Of a DNA stretch of 64,000 nucleotides, positions 50,020 to 61,484 are shown one piece after another. The notes under the pieces were generated by a model. The model worked only from the letters and a program-made list of their open reading frames with translations. It was not told where the DNA came from and made no database searches. This DNA is from Camelus dromedarius (lineage: Eukaryota): assembly GCF_036321535.1 (NCBI RefSeq), contig NC_087451.1, positions 37,572,001-37,636,000 of the forward strand. The letters run 5' to 3'. A program made the translations under genes and the position numbers. The number at the start of each line of letters is the position of its first letter. Position 1 is the first letter of the stretch.

Positions 50020-50225
50020 TAGCATGATGGTTCCTAGCTGCTGCTGTGGACTGATTGCATCAGAATTACCTGGGGAACATCCGAATGATACGGACACTGC
50101 AACTCCCTCCTTGGAGGACCTGTTTCGGTAGGTGTGGAGTTGGGGGTGGGGTTTCTGAGAATCTCTATTTGTCAAAAAGGAGGCCAGCTGTCCTCACCCT
50201 GTGCAAGCTTGGGAGCCACTCGCTT
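50020..50225 (+). mobile_element. MER5-like (hAT-Charlie)
   Basis: 'tgcatcagaattacctgggga...gtaggtgtggagt...gagaatct...ttgggagccact'. Confidence 0.75.
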
Positions 50226-50291
50226 AGTGCATTGGCATGGAGACACCCAGTACAGACCTGCAGGGAGTGACCTTCACTGCCTGCTTCTGGG

Positions 50292-50505
50292 ACAGGGCTT
50301 CTCAGCCTCATCACTGTTGGTGTTTGGGATGGCTGCTCTCTGCCGTGAGAGGATGGCCCTGCATCCTAAGAGATTTAGCAGTATCCCTGTTCTACACCCT
50401 CTGGACCCCATAGCTCGTCTCTTCCAGCTGTGACAGCCAAAAGTGCCTCCAGACACTGCTTAATCTTCCCTGGAGGGCAAAGTCACCCCTGGTTCAGACC
50501 CACTG
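50292..50505 (+). mobile_element. MER20 (hAT-Charlie), full length
   Basis: 'cagggcttctcagcctc...ttagcagtatccctg...tgtgacagccaaaagtgcctccagaca...ggcaaagtcacccctggttcagacccactg'. Confidence 0.9.
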
Positions 50506-50899
50506 CCCCAGGGTTTCAGCTGTGTTCCAGAGAGCCGATAAGAGACCTCTACAGTCAAAGGTCCAGACAATTCCGTTACCCAAAAGATACAACAACCTAT
50601 GTGACTGCTCAGAAAGCCAACTTTTGTTATGCTAAACAATTGCCTAAGCCTTTAAATGCGTATGTGCTCGAGCTACTTGTGTACGTGGAAATCAAGAACA
50701 GCTTTTAACTAATCAAAAAGATATATCCTGGTCCAAGCATGTTTGAAGACTGCCATGTTTTAAAACTCGACATGACTTAAAACAGAATCCTATAAGTTTC
50801 CTTTGCTAAAATACTTTCAGGATATATTAGGTATAACAATAGTTTGCTACATGAAAATGGCTTTGAAAATCTTAAAAGTGTTTTAAAAGAAAAAAGACT

Positions 50900-51440
50900 T
50901 TTTTTTTTTTTGCAAAGCATTAAATTGGATGTGAATATGACAGATTTCAAAGACCCGTCAAAATAACAAATTTACATCATAAATGCATCGGCTTTCTCTT
51001 TAAAGGCTTTTCCACCACTCAGGACGGCATTTAATGGTGAGCAGGTTCAAAATGTCGCCAACTCCCACTGGTACAAAAGGGAGGCGATCCCTGCTAGAGT
51101 CTCTGGGCTTCAGATAATGTCCTGGCCTCTTTTCAAGTCAGTAAACCGCACTCCTGTCAAATTGCAGATAAATGAAAGAGACGGCACCATTGTTTTCCCC
51201 CACATCTTGCTAAGAAAGATATCTCCCAATATTTCGGGAGGACCAGTACGCCAAAAAAATAAACTTGAAATAAATCCACCCCGCCGTGACTTTACCGGAT
51301 CAAAGACAACGGAGTTTCCACAGAAGCACTTTTCTGAAGTTTGCAGCTCTTTAGTTCCGATAGCGGCTCATTAAGAGGCTTCTAATGCATTTGATTGTTT
51401 CATAGTTAGCCATCTAAATTTTTAATCATGTGTGGGCGCA
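50900..51440. promoter_or_regulatory. Candidate developmental enhancer or conserved non-coding element
   Basis: About 540 bp with no recognised repeat: TGACAG 50938, TTCAAAG 50946, TCATAAA 50977, CTGTCA 51154, AGATAA 51166, CATTGTT 51188, GATCAAAG 51298. Called from motifs only. Confidence 0.45.
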
Positions 51441-52169
51441 AGATAGTCCTAGGGTGGTACCCAAACATGGCAAAGCCTTTCTGTTCTAAAGAGTCATGTC
51501 AATATAATATTTTCCTGAATAATCAGCAGGTAGGCTTGGGGAGGGGGTGGCTTCAAACAGCGCCGTTCTTTGATGGAGGGGTGGACAGGTTTCTGAAGTT
51601 GCCTTTTGAAAGAGAAATAAGTCTGAGTGTTTTGAAATCTGGGTTCCTTTCTTTTTTGAGGGAGTGAAGCTGCCCCTCTCTCTTTTCTCCTCTTTCTTCT
51701 TTTCTTTTCATGGAGACGGAACTGCTATTCATCATAAAGAGGAAAATAGGGCTTAGCCGGGAGCCCAGCCTCTCCAACTGGAGTCTCTTGGACCAGAAGC
51801 ACACTCCCTTGCTCAGCACGCTTGGCTTAAATTTCTTCCAATACTAACCACGGGTCAGTTTTTGTTGTTCCTTCCTGCCTCTTTGGGAGTAAGTTTTTTT
51901 TTTTTTTCCTCAAGAACCTGTTGTTTGATGGGGAACACGGAAGGGCACGGAGGTGGCTACACACAGCTCTGTAGGATTCGCGGGGTGTCAGGGGGTCAGC
52001 GCCTTCGTAATGACGGAAGTGAGAGCTGCACTCACTATGGGCGAAGGTGAAGGAGAGGAGGGGGTTGGCAGAGACCTTGCTGCTGCCATTCTGTAGATGA
52101 TAAGGCACAGCTCACCTGGGTCGGAAAGATCTCGGGGAGCCTCGAGATAGCTCTTAATCTGCTCCTTAT

Positions 52170-52340
52170 TTAGTGAGCATTTACTCTGTGCCCGTCTCTG
52201 TTCTCAGCTTTATTTGGACTATCACATTTCATCATCACAACAATTCCCCAGTGGCGAGGTTTTTAATCATCCCTGTTTTACAGGCGAAGAAGCTGAGACA
52301 CAGAGCCAGGATGTGAACCTTGGCAGTCAGGCTTCAGCAC
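52170..52340 (-). mobile_element. MIR SINE
   Basis: 'gagcatttactctgtgcc...tgttttacaggcgaagaagctgagacacagag'. Confidence 0.88.
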
Positions 52341-52621
52341 CCACGCCAGGCGCAGGTTCCTGACAGTGCTATCTACAAGAGCGAAAACTTGGAAACAACC
52401 CAAATAGCCCCCAAATGAGATATTGCTTAAATCATTTGTAGCAGATCCACACCAGTGAATGCTCCGTCATGAACATGTCACAACCATTAGAGGTGACACG
52501 TGAAATGGTAGAACAGAATTTAAGACAAGAAGGCAACTTAGAAATATATATATATGTAAAAGATTTCGTATGCTAGTAAATAAAAATCACCATTCAGAGA
52601 GAGAGAAGGGCATTGAGGCTG

Positions 52622-53044
52622 CATTTGTAGACTCAGGACGCCATGGCAAAGTACTGTAAGACTAGGTGGCTGAAACGAGAGAAATTAACTTTCTTGCTGT
52701 TCTGGGGGCTGGGAAGTCTGAGATCAAGGCACTAGCTGATGACCTTTCTGGTGAGGGCTCTCTTGCTGGCTTGCAGACAGCCGCCTTCCCCTGTGTCCTC
52801 ACACGGCCTTCCCTCCAGGGTGTTCATGGAGGTGTGGGCACTGGGGTAGGGGTGAGTGTGGGGAGGGCGTCTTTTTCTTCCTATAAGGCTACCAGTTGGA
52901 TTAGGACCAGCCCTTATGACTTATGACTTCAATTAACCTTAATTACCTCCTAGGAGCCCCATCTTCAAATAAATCACATTGTGGGTCAGGGCTTCAATAT
53001 ATGAAGTTTTTAAATTGGGGTGGGTGCATAATTCAGTCCACGGT
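52622..53044 (-). mobile_element. MLT1A-like solo LTR
   Basis: 'gggctgggaagtctgagatcaagg...tctggtgagggctctcttgctggcttgcagac...ttaaccttaattacctcc...cataattcagtcca'. Confidence 0.92.
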
Positions 53045-53934
53045 AGAAACCAAAATGTTAAGAGTGATTATATCCAAGTGATGATGATAGAAGTGATTTT
53101 TAGTTCTTTTATTTTAAACATTTTTCAAATAATAAACATAATTTACTTGGTGTAATATTAAAAAAAAAAGTTTATCAATATCAGATTTTCGGTCCAAGGT
53201 GATTTTAATCCATTCTGTACAGACGAGTCCCAAAAACCTCACTTCTAGCAAACCGATTGGCCCCATCCACCCGTGTCTGGGGTGATTTTATGGTGACAGG
53301 CAGCCCATCTCTCTCTGCCCTGGAGCAGACTGAGAAGGATCCAGACCGGAGCATCTTCTGTGGTCGGCTCCCCAAGCAAACCCTGAGTGTGGCTGGCACT
53401 GCCGGCCCAGGCAGAACCTGGCAGGAGCTGCAGGTGGCCGGGACCTTGGTAGATGATGTCCTTTCTGCAGCCCTGTTACTTACAAGCAGAACCAAATCAT
53501 ATTAGGTAAGTGGTAACTTGAGAAACAAAGGCCAGACCAAATGTTTGGGGCTTTGTTCAGAAGGACGCCAATGAATCCACAGCATGAATGTCTGGGAGCA
53601 GAAATTCACCAGACTGGAACAGCTTGGGTTTGGGGGCCAAACCGCGAGGTGTGATTACCACATGGGAGGTTCCAGATGGGGAGACTCCCCCTTGCCACTC
53701 CGTCTCCACCACTCTTGCGCAGAGCAGTCGAGGGTAGCGCTACCCTGCCAACCTAGCAAAGTATTAGGGACACGATCTAGGTTTCCACGCCTCTAAAAGT
53801 GTTTCTTCCCCCAAAGTTGAGTTTCTTTCTGATGTCAGGCCTGCAGATTTGAACTAATTTGCACAAATGAGCAGGAAGCATGAACGCTAACTCAGATATG
53901 TGCCGTTCATTGCCACCACAGGGCATAGGGTGAC

Positions 53935-54090
53935 CTAAGTTGAGAGACTGATACCCCAGCCCTCATCTGCCAGTGACTGCAGGTGTGACTTCTGGCAGGT
54001 TGTTGGACTCAGCTTTTAAATGGGAATAAAAACATAGTCCCTGCCTACTTGATGGGATGATTTAGAATGCAGTATCTCTTTGCTTACCAC
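53935..54090 (+). mobile_element. MIR SINE
   Basis: 'gtgtgacttctggcagg...ctcagcttttaaatggga...cctacttgatggg'. Confidence 0.7.
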
Positions 54091-54420
54091 TGTACTCCCT
54101 GTGGCTTGCGTGCTGCCTGGCCACAGGATGAAGTTAGGGGGAAAGAATTCCGTGATCTGGACGTTAAAGTCACTTGGGTAGCAGAGCAGACACAAACCTT
54201 CACAGCCCAACCAGGAGGTCGTTAAGCTGGCTGCACATGGGAGCAGATAAGCACCCACTGATGCTTCTGGGGGGAAGGTAGGGGTTCAGAAGACCTCTTA
54301 CCTCTTAAATACTTAGCACCCACTGAGCGCTCAACAAATAAATTCTGAGTGACTGAATCAAGAAAACTATAAACCATTATCTGTGAGAGTGGTTTTCAAA
54401 GTACCAGGAATCTTACACTT

Positions 54421-54650
54421 TGTGGCAGAGACTGACTAGCTGCTTACTAACTCTTTTCTCCCTGGGCCTGAAGCTGAACTACATTTCCCAGACCCTTTTG
54501 TAGGTGGGGCCGATGCAGAAGCAATGGCCATCAAGACAACTGGGAAGCCAGGTGTTGAAGACGGCACAGCTGTAAGATGGAAGGAGACTGGATCTCTGAA
54601 TCAGAAGAAAGCCTGTCCCCAATTAGGGGGCCATCTGGGGGCTTATTTAG
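54421..54650 (+). mobile_element. Old MLT1 (H/I/J-like) LTR with internal deletion
   Basis: 'tgtggcaga...actacatttcccag...tgttgaagacggcacagc...aagatggaaggag'. Confidence 0.7.
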
Positions 54651-55057
54651 CATCTGGTACTATCTGAACTAATATACAGTCTCCAGTATAGTTCATATCT
54701 TCCATCTGAGAGGCTCCAAAAGCTGAGTGACGTTGGGGAGAGAGTCCAAGCACCTAGTTCTGGAGTCTTGAACATGATTCCACAGCAATGGCCTTGACAG
54801 AAAGAAGCTTCCAGAGAGCTAGAAGCTGGTAAAGATGCAGTCTGACCATGCAGTCTCAAAGAGTCCTGATGAGGAAGCAAAGGGTGGGGGGAGTTGGAAG
54901 AGATTAGCTACACAGGGGGTGTCAGGAGAGCTGAAGTTCTAAAAGAACATATACAACAAAAGATGGAAAGACATTTACAAGGACAAAGACCCAAGTGGTC
55001 CAGAGTCATAAAAGAAGGTCTCCCAGCTGAGACTTAGGAAAAATACTTAGGGTGACT

Positions 55058-55450
55058 GTATGAGTTAGGGTGAACTTTGAAACCAACAAAGCACAACATC
55101 TCAGTGGCGGGACATCATTCAAGCTAGTTTCTCACTCAAGTGAAAAGCTTAACGAGGGAGTCTGGATAGGCAGGTGATCTGTCACACGGTGATGCAGGGA
55201 TCTGTGCCCCTTCACCCTGCGTCTGCACCCCCTGCCAGGGTCCCAGAGCCCTGAACTATGAGCCGTGAGCCGGTGGAGGTGGGAAAAGTAGGGGTGAAGA
55301 AGATCACTCCTATCCCAAGCTCTTTAGGCCAGAACTAACATTCACCACTTCTTCCACATTCCATTGGGAAGAATTAGTCATATAGCATCACCTAGATACA
55401 AAGGGAGATGAAAGTACAATGTTGATGGGCGACTCACTGTCTCTACAACA
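55058..55450 (-). mobile_element. MLT1J/K-like LTR
   Basis: 'tctcagtggc...cacattccattgggaagaattagtcatatagc...acaaagggag...tctctacaaca'. Confidence 0.75.
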
Positions 55451-55879
55451 ATATAAAAGGGTTTTCTGTTTTTGAGTGACACAACAAGAAGATGATCAAA
55501 GAAGGGGTAGACCTGTTATTCAATCTTATGGTACCGTGCTTACAACATGAAGGGAAATGAATTTCCTCACCTCTTGTTTCTCTGTCTGGGAAGAGAATAA
55601 TCAGACTGAATAGAGTAAAATGGACATTGGTGAAAGAAAGGAAAGAATTGAAGCCCCCAAAATGGTTACTGATTCCACGTGGCCTGGATGGTTCTCCTTT
55701 AGAGATCACAAGAGGATTTGTGAAAATGGTGACAAAGTAGGCACCACGGAGAGCCACAAAAGTACCTGAAAACTAAATGTGGGCAAAATGTACTCCTGGT
55801 TGTCATGAAGGAGAGACTGTCTTGGTGCAGGCTTGCTTTGTGGCTGGATTACCAATTCCAGGTTAAGTTCTAAAGAGTA

Positions 55880-57270
55880 CTAAAAACAATGTTTTAAAAG
55901 ACAGTTTACATGCACTTAGAAAGGTAAATAGTAACAGTTAAGAGTTAGCAGTCTCCCAAGACCAAGGAGGGCCAAGCTAACCTCAACTGCGTCTCCCATG
56001 GTCTTAATCTGGTAAATCAAGGAGGTTCAGGAAACCTTGAAAACTGAGTTTTATAAAGCATTTGGCACGATCTCTCATAAAATCCGAAGGAGACTCTGTG
56101 GCCTGGGAGATGATCCAGTTAGATGGATTTATAACCTAGTTGACAGATCACACTGAAAGGGTGATGATGAATGGGGAGTCGGGGCTGCCAGCTCACTGCC
56201 TTCGGGAGTGAGAGAGGTGTCATTAAAGAGTAGGACCAGGCAGGATGCTTGATAGTAGAAAGTGATGGGGACAGAGACAAATGGAAACCGTGTCTTGCCT
56301 AATGGCTGAAGTGATCACTATACACATCCAGGTGGGACATGCAGTCTACAAGCCACACAACCACACACAGCTGCTTTGGGCCGTACCAGCTGGTTGTTGT
56401 CATGTTGGGCTGTGGACCCAGTGTTGAGATATAGTCACTATTTCAGGAGAAGCTGGAATCCAGATGTTGGCCATTGATTCAAAATTAAAAAAAGAAAAGA
56501 AAAGAAAAATGCCACACAGGCCAAAGAAAACACACCTGGACCTTCACTGTGTGAACTGTAACCCTAAGAAAAATTTCTAGTAGCACAGGGTTTATGTCAC
56601 TGGTCCGGTTCTATTCAACATTTTTATCAATGACTTGGACTAAGCTCTAGGAAGCACGTGGATCAAATGGGCTGTTAATACAAAGCCAGAGGGACAGCTG
56701 GGTGACCGACTTGGGGTTCCAAATAACCTCAACAGACGAGCACAGGGCCTGAACCGCACAAGAAGGAACTCTTGGGTAGACAAATACAAGGTCATACACT
56801 TCGGTCCAAAAATATCAGCCAGACAAGTACAGAATGGCTTAACAAGAGCACATGTTACTGAAAAAAAAAAAAAAATTCTGCAGAGTTTCAGTTGCTTGCA
56901 AATCAATGTGAGGCAACTGTGTGATGTGGTTGCCAAAAAGCAAAGGCAATCTTAGCCGGCATCAAAGGCGGCAAATCCTGCAGCGCTCAGGCCAGCCACA
57001 TCTGGAGCCCCACCTTCGGTTCCGGGAAACACTTGAGGAAGGACCCGGAGAAACTGGAGCACGTTCGGAGGGCGTCAGCCCAGAGGGTGAAAGGATTGGG
57101 AACTATTCAGATGAAGACCAGCTAGAGGTGTCAGGGCTCCCTCACTTAGAGAAGGGAAGCCTCAAAGATACATAAACGCTGGGTTCCAACATTTTGGGGG
57201 TGAGTCGTATGGCCGGGGAATTAAACTTGTTCCTTTTGTGTGGACGAATGCCAAGGGGGAAAGGGAACGG
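55880..57270 (+). mobile_element. L3/CR1 LINE remnant (about 1.4 kb of ORF2), interrupted by a MER102-like insert at about 56330-56560
   Basis: Translates FYKAFGTISH (compare DFSKAFDTVSH) and GPVLFNIFINDLD. ORF 56921-57175 ends YSDEDQLEVSGLPHLEKGSLKD (compare [21 protein letters not shown]). Confidence 0.88.
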
Positions 57271-58689
57271 AGAACCAGAGTTCAATTCAATGTTCAAACA
57301 CCTTTCAAACCCATCTCTGGTGAGGGAAAGGGCTGTCCAGAAAGGAAGTTAGCCACCCCCTCCATCCCTAAAGATGGAACTGTGAAAGGCAAGGACAGCA
57401 GGGGTTTAGGAGAAATCTGAGTGTCAGGGTCATTACCAGCCATTGTCTCAGAAGGATAAATCTTGGTACCTGGCGTTGGTTGGTGGTTGAAGATGCACCT
57501 ATCAGTCCTACAGGGAGACGTGGGGACTGAGTGTTAAGGTGAGTTTTTAGTAACGGTTCTGAGAATGCTGGGTCTTCCCCGGCTGGGTACTGTGTATCAC
57601 CAACTGAACCACAAAGCCTAGAACAAGGTTAACCTGAATTCTTAAGCCAGAACGCTCATAGGAGATCAATCCACGGCCAGGAGACATATTTATGCTATAC
57701 TGTGAACCGAAAAAGGAAAGCAGCATATAAAACAGCAAGCACCCTTGAACAACTACATTATGTCATATTTATTTAGTATTTCTTATTAATACGTGTTATA
57801 CAGTTGAATGTATACATTGGTCAATAATAAACACCTTCCCATGTAAACTTAGGTGTAAACACATTGAGGGAGAGACAAGGTCACACGTAAAATGCTAACA
57901 CTTCTCCTCTTTGGGTGAGGCATCATGCATAATTTTCTATTTAATTTTTTAATGTTCTGTATTATCCAAATGTCTACATTGAACACGTGGGTATTGCTTA
58001 TAATTAGAAAAAAATGAAAATTTTTTTTTCAAAAGGGAGGAAAGAGGGCGCCCTTGGCTTGGGGCTGACTCCTCCAGCTGGGGGCGAGATCATGCACTGG
58101 GGACTGGACAGGAGACCGTGCAGACGGGCCCTGGGGGATCTCCTGGAGCCCCCAGGGAAGCTTCCACAGGGAGCTCAGGCCTGGCCAGGCTCCCACCAGC
58201 GTGGGGAGCGGCGAGCAGGCCCAAGGGCCACCATCTGGGCTGGAAGGTCAGCATCTTTTCCTTGCAACACAGCGGGAGTGGGATGAAGGAGTCGCTGGGA
58301 GAGCGGGAATAAAGAGCAGGGGCCAGAAAGTAGGTCGTCAGGAAATGGAGGAAATAAACAAAGGGTTCCTGTGAAGGGGAGGCTCGCTTTGATCCTGGGG
58401 TGGGAATGGGAAGGACCGACTCTGGGAAGAGTGGTGGGGTTTCCGAGACACCCTCAGCCCACCTCGGGCTGACACAGAGTCTTAGAACAGCACAGAAGGA
58501 CAGGGCACAGGGCTCGGGAGTCAACCCACCAGTACCTCCTAACCCCACTTCCCCACCGGACACACCACTGCTCCTGGCAGCGGGGGGGCTCCTGCAGCTC
58601 TGCTCCTACTGTCCATGGCTGGCCACACGAGACTCTTAATGGGGCCCCTGACACCCCACCCCAGTGCTGACCCCTCTGCCCAGACCCTT

Positions 58690-59065
58690 CTCTCTCTTTT
58701 AGAGTTTGTTCAGCTCTCCAGTATCCAGAGCGCAATTNNNNNNNNNNNNNNNNNNNNNNNNNNNNNNNNNNNNNNNNNNNNNNNNNNNNNNNNNNNNNNN
58801 NNNNNNNNNNNNNNNNNNNNNNNNNNNNNNNNNNNNNNNNNNNNNNNNNNNNNNNNNNNNNNNNNNNNNNNNNNNNNNNNNNNNNNNNNNNACAACCCTG
58901 TACAGTTCAGGGGTATTAAGTATATTCACATTGTTTTTCAACTATCACCAACATTTAACTCCAAAACTTTTGCAAAACTAAAAGTCAGTCCCCATTTAAC
59001 TCCCCCTTCTCCTCTCCCCTCAGCCTCTGGCAGCCACCATTCTACTTCCTATCTCTATGATTTTC
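58690..59065 (-). mobile_element. L1MB 3' fragment; contains N gap 58738-58891
   Basis: 'tacagttcaggggtattaagtatattcacattgtt...cctctggcagccaccattctacttcct'. Confidence 0.85.
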
Positions 59066-59298
59066 TGATTCCCACCTATCCCCTGAGCTCAGGTCGGCCT
59101 GACTTTGCTTGGTGTTCAGAGCAGCTTGCCCTGGGGAGTCCAGGTCACTCTGACATCATGGCATTTCCCCCAGGCCGGGCAGAGCTGCAAGCAGGAGCGA
59201 ATCACTGCTCACAGTTAAATGTCCTGCTCGGGTGTATATTATGCCCAGAGATGCATTATTTTAATTTGTACCCAAATCTCCCTTCCCCCAGCACAGCT

Positions 59299-59809
59299 TG
59301 TGTGAGCTAATTTTATGTGTCAACTTGGCTGGGCTAGGAGATGCCCAGATAGCTGGTCACATGTTATTTCTAGTTGTGTCTCTGAGGGTGTTTCTGGAAG
59401 AGATTAGCATCTGAATCTGACTAAGTAAAGGAGATCACCCTCACCAAGGTGGGTGGGCATCGCCTAATCTGCAGAGGGGCCTCATAGAACATAAAGGAGG
59501 AGGAAGGGCAAATTCTTTTACTCTCTCTTGGAGCTGGGACATCCATCTTCTCCTGCCCCCAGACGCTGGCACTCCTGGTTCTTTGGCCTTCAGACTCTGA
59601 TCACACACCACGGGCCCCCTGATTCTCAAGTCCTTGGATTTGAATTGCATTTCATCACCAGCTTTCCTATTCTCCAGCTTGCAGATGGCAGGTTGTGGGA
59701 CGTCTCGGTCTCCATAACTGTGTGAGCTAATTCTATATAAATCTATCTATCTATCTATCATCTATCTATCCTATTGCCTCTGTTTCTCTGGAGATCTCTG
59801 ACTAATACA
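59299..59809 (+). mobile_element. MLT2 (ERVL) solo LTR, full length, with (CTAT)n
   Basis: 'taattttatgtgtcaacttggctgggct...gtttctggaagagattagcat...tctgtttctctggaga...gactaataca'. Confidence 0.95.
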
Positions 59810-60079
59810 CACCTATATCCCAAAGATGCACCCATTCGATCCAGGAGGCTGGCAACATGTTGGCTTTAAATGCATAGCATTGCGACTGTTTTTAAAAAAG
59901 AAATCCAGAAGACAGAAGCCAAAAAGCCTGCCCTTGTCTATCACTACTCTTCAGAGCTGGATTGACAAATAACAAAATTGAGAATAATAAGCCTTCCAAG
60001 TCTCTTTTTCCTTCTGAGACTCACTAAACACAAACATCTGGGTTATTCTGTGGACCTGCAGAGTAGAATTCCCCTGGAC

Positions 60080-60315
60080 TTGGGATAGTGGAAAGAGAAG
60101 GGGCTTTGAAATCAAACAGACCTGGGTCCCAATTCCCTGCTCAGCCACAAACCAGCTTGTGATTTTGGGCAAGGCTGTGCACCTCCCCGAGCCACCGTGT
60201 CCTCCTCTGTCAAAAGGGATGGTGATGTTTACGTCTCAGTGTTATTGGGAGGATCCAAGGAGCTACCAGCTGTCAAGCACAGAGCCGGGTACGGTGTAGG
60301 CACTCATCACTGGCA
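60080..60315 (+). mobile_element. MIR SINE, near full length
   Basis: 'tttgaaatcaaacagacctggg...gtgattttgggcaag...cctctgtcaaaaggg...gtgtaggcactca'. Confidence 0.88.
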
Positions 60316-60502
60316 ACGTCTATTGGAAATCCATCAATATGATTCTAGTCTGAGCTCAAGTTGATTCATTTCTGGGTCTCCATCGCTTTGTCCATTAAAT
60401 GGGAGAGAAAGACTCTGCCCTCCAGCCATACTGACCTCTTATTAGTTCCTTGTGTGTGTGTATTGCTCCCTCATTGTGAGGACTCTGTGCTTATCGCTCA
60501 CG

Positions 60503-60960
60503 TGAGTTAGGATTAGATTCAGCTGTATAGTGAGCAAACCCGAAGTAACAGTGAGTTAATGAGACAGGAGTTTATTTCTCTTCTGTGGAAGTCCAGGTAG
60601 ATGGTCCAAAGCTTGTTTGGTAGCTTTAAGACAGTCAAGGCTCCTTCTCTCTTACTTTTCTGCCACCCTTATTGTTCCACGGTAGAACACAGCTTCTCTC
60701 TTGTGGCTAACGTGGCTGCTCAATTTCAGCAATCACGTCCACATCCAGCCAGCAGAAAGTTGTTACGACAGAGCGAAAGGCACATCTTCTCCCTTTAAAG
60801 ACACTTCTTGGAATTTGCACACAGCACTTCCATCTAGATCTTACAGGGCAGAACTTAGTCACGTGGCGTCACCCATCTGCAGACGAGGCTGGGAAATACA
60901 GTGTTCGCCAAGGACAGACATGCACACAACCACAACTTCCTAAAACTTCAGAAAAGCAGA
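60503..60960 (-). mobile_element. MLT1J/K-like solo LTR
   Basis: 'gttaggattagattcagctg...tttatttctc...gggcagaacttagtcacgtggc...gaggctgggaaat'. Confidence 0.85.
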
Positions 60961-61039
60961 AATTTGTTAAATACCTTCTTTAACTGAAGGAGAAGCAGTA
61001 TAGATATATACGGATGTGGGGAAACAGTCTCCAATGCAG

Positions 61040-61335
61040 TTTCTTTTTCCCTTCCCCTCCACGTCCTGGCACACTCCTACCCACACACCAGGTGGAGGAT
61101 TACTTCTATAAGGAAGAATTGCATCCTTCTCCTGGAAGCTTATTCATCTCCTTTAGAACACTTGTTTTGGGTTGTAATTATACATTTTAGTGTGATTGAC
61201 TCCCCTCTCCCCCTTAGAGTGGAAACATGATGGGAACAAGAATAGTACCTAATTTTATATATCATTGCATCCCCAGTGCCTAGTTTAAAATATAGCATGT
61301 AGCAAACACTCAGTTAATAATTGCTGAGTTAAATA
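61040..61335 (+). mobile_element. L2 3' fragment
   Basis: 'tcattgcatccccagtgcctag...atgtagcaaacactcagt...ttgctgagt'. Confidence 0.75.
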
Positions 61336-61484
61336 ATGATGAGTTCTAAGAACCCTACCAGCTCTCACTTTCTGTGTACCTATGAGGTTTCTCACATTAG
61401 TTCTAGAGGGGCTTGCCCGACTCCTCTCTACGTTAGTACTTGATTGTCTCCTTCACAGGAACACAAAACCTACTACATGGTTCA

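Noticed and set aside
53731-53746. Perfect 16-bp palindrome agggtagcgctaccct
   Set aside because: About one 8-bp-arm palindrome is expected by chance in 64 kb (64000/4^8).
58615-59310. 231-aa ORF, and the other X-containing ORFs (for example 37191-37757, 730-1143)
   Set aside because: Their length is an artefact of reading through N gaps inside L1 or MLT repeats.
59299-59732. Identical 14-mer tgtgtgagctaatt at the start of and inside the MLT2 LTR
   Set aside because: The two positions are already similar in the remembered MLT2 consensus, so convergence by a few substitutions is sufficient.
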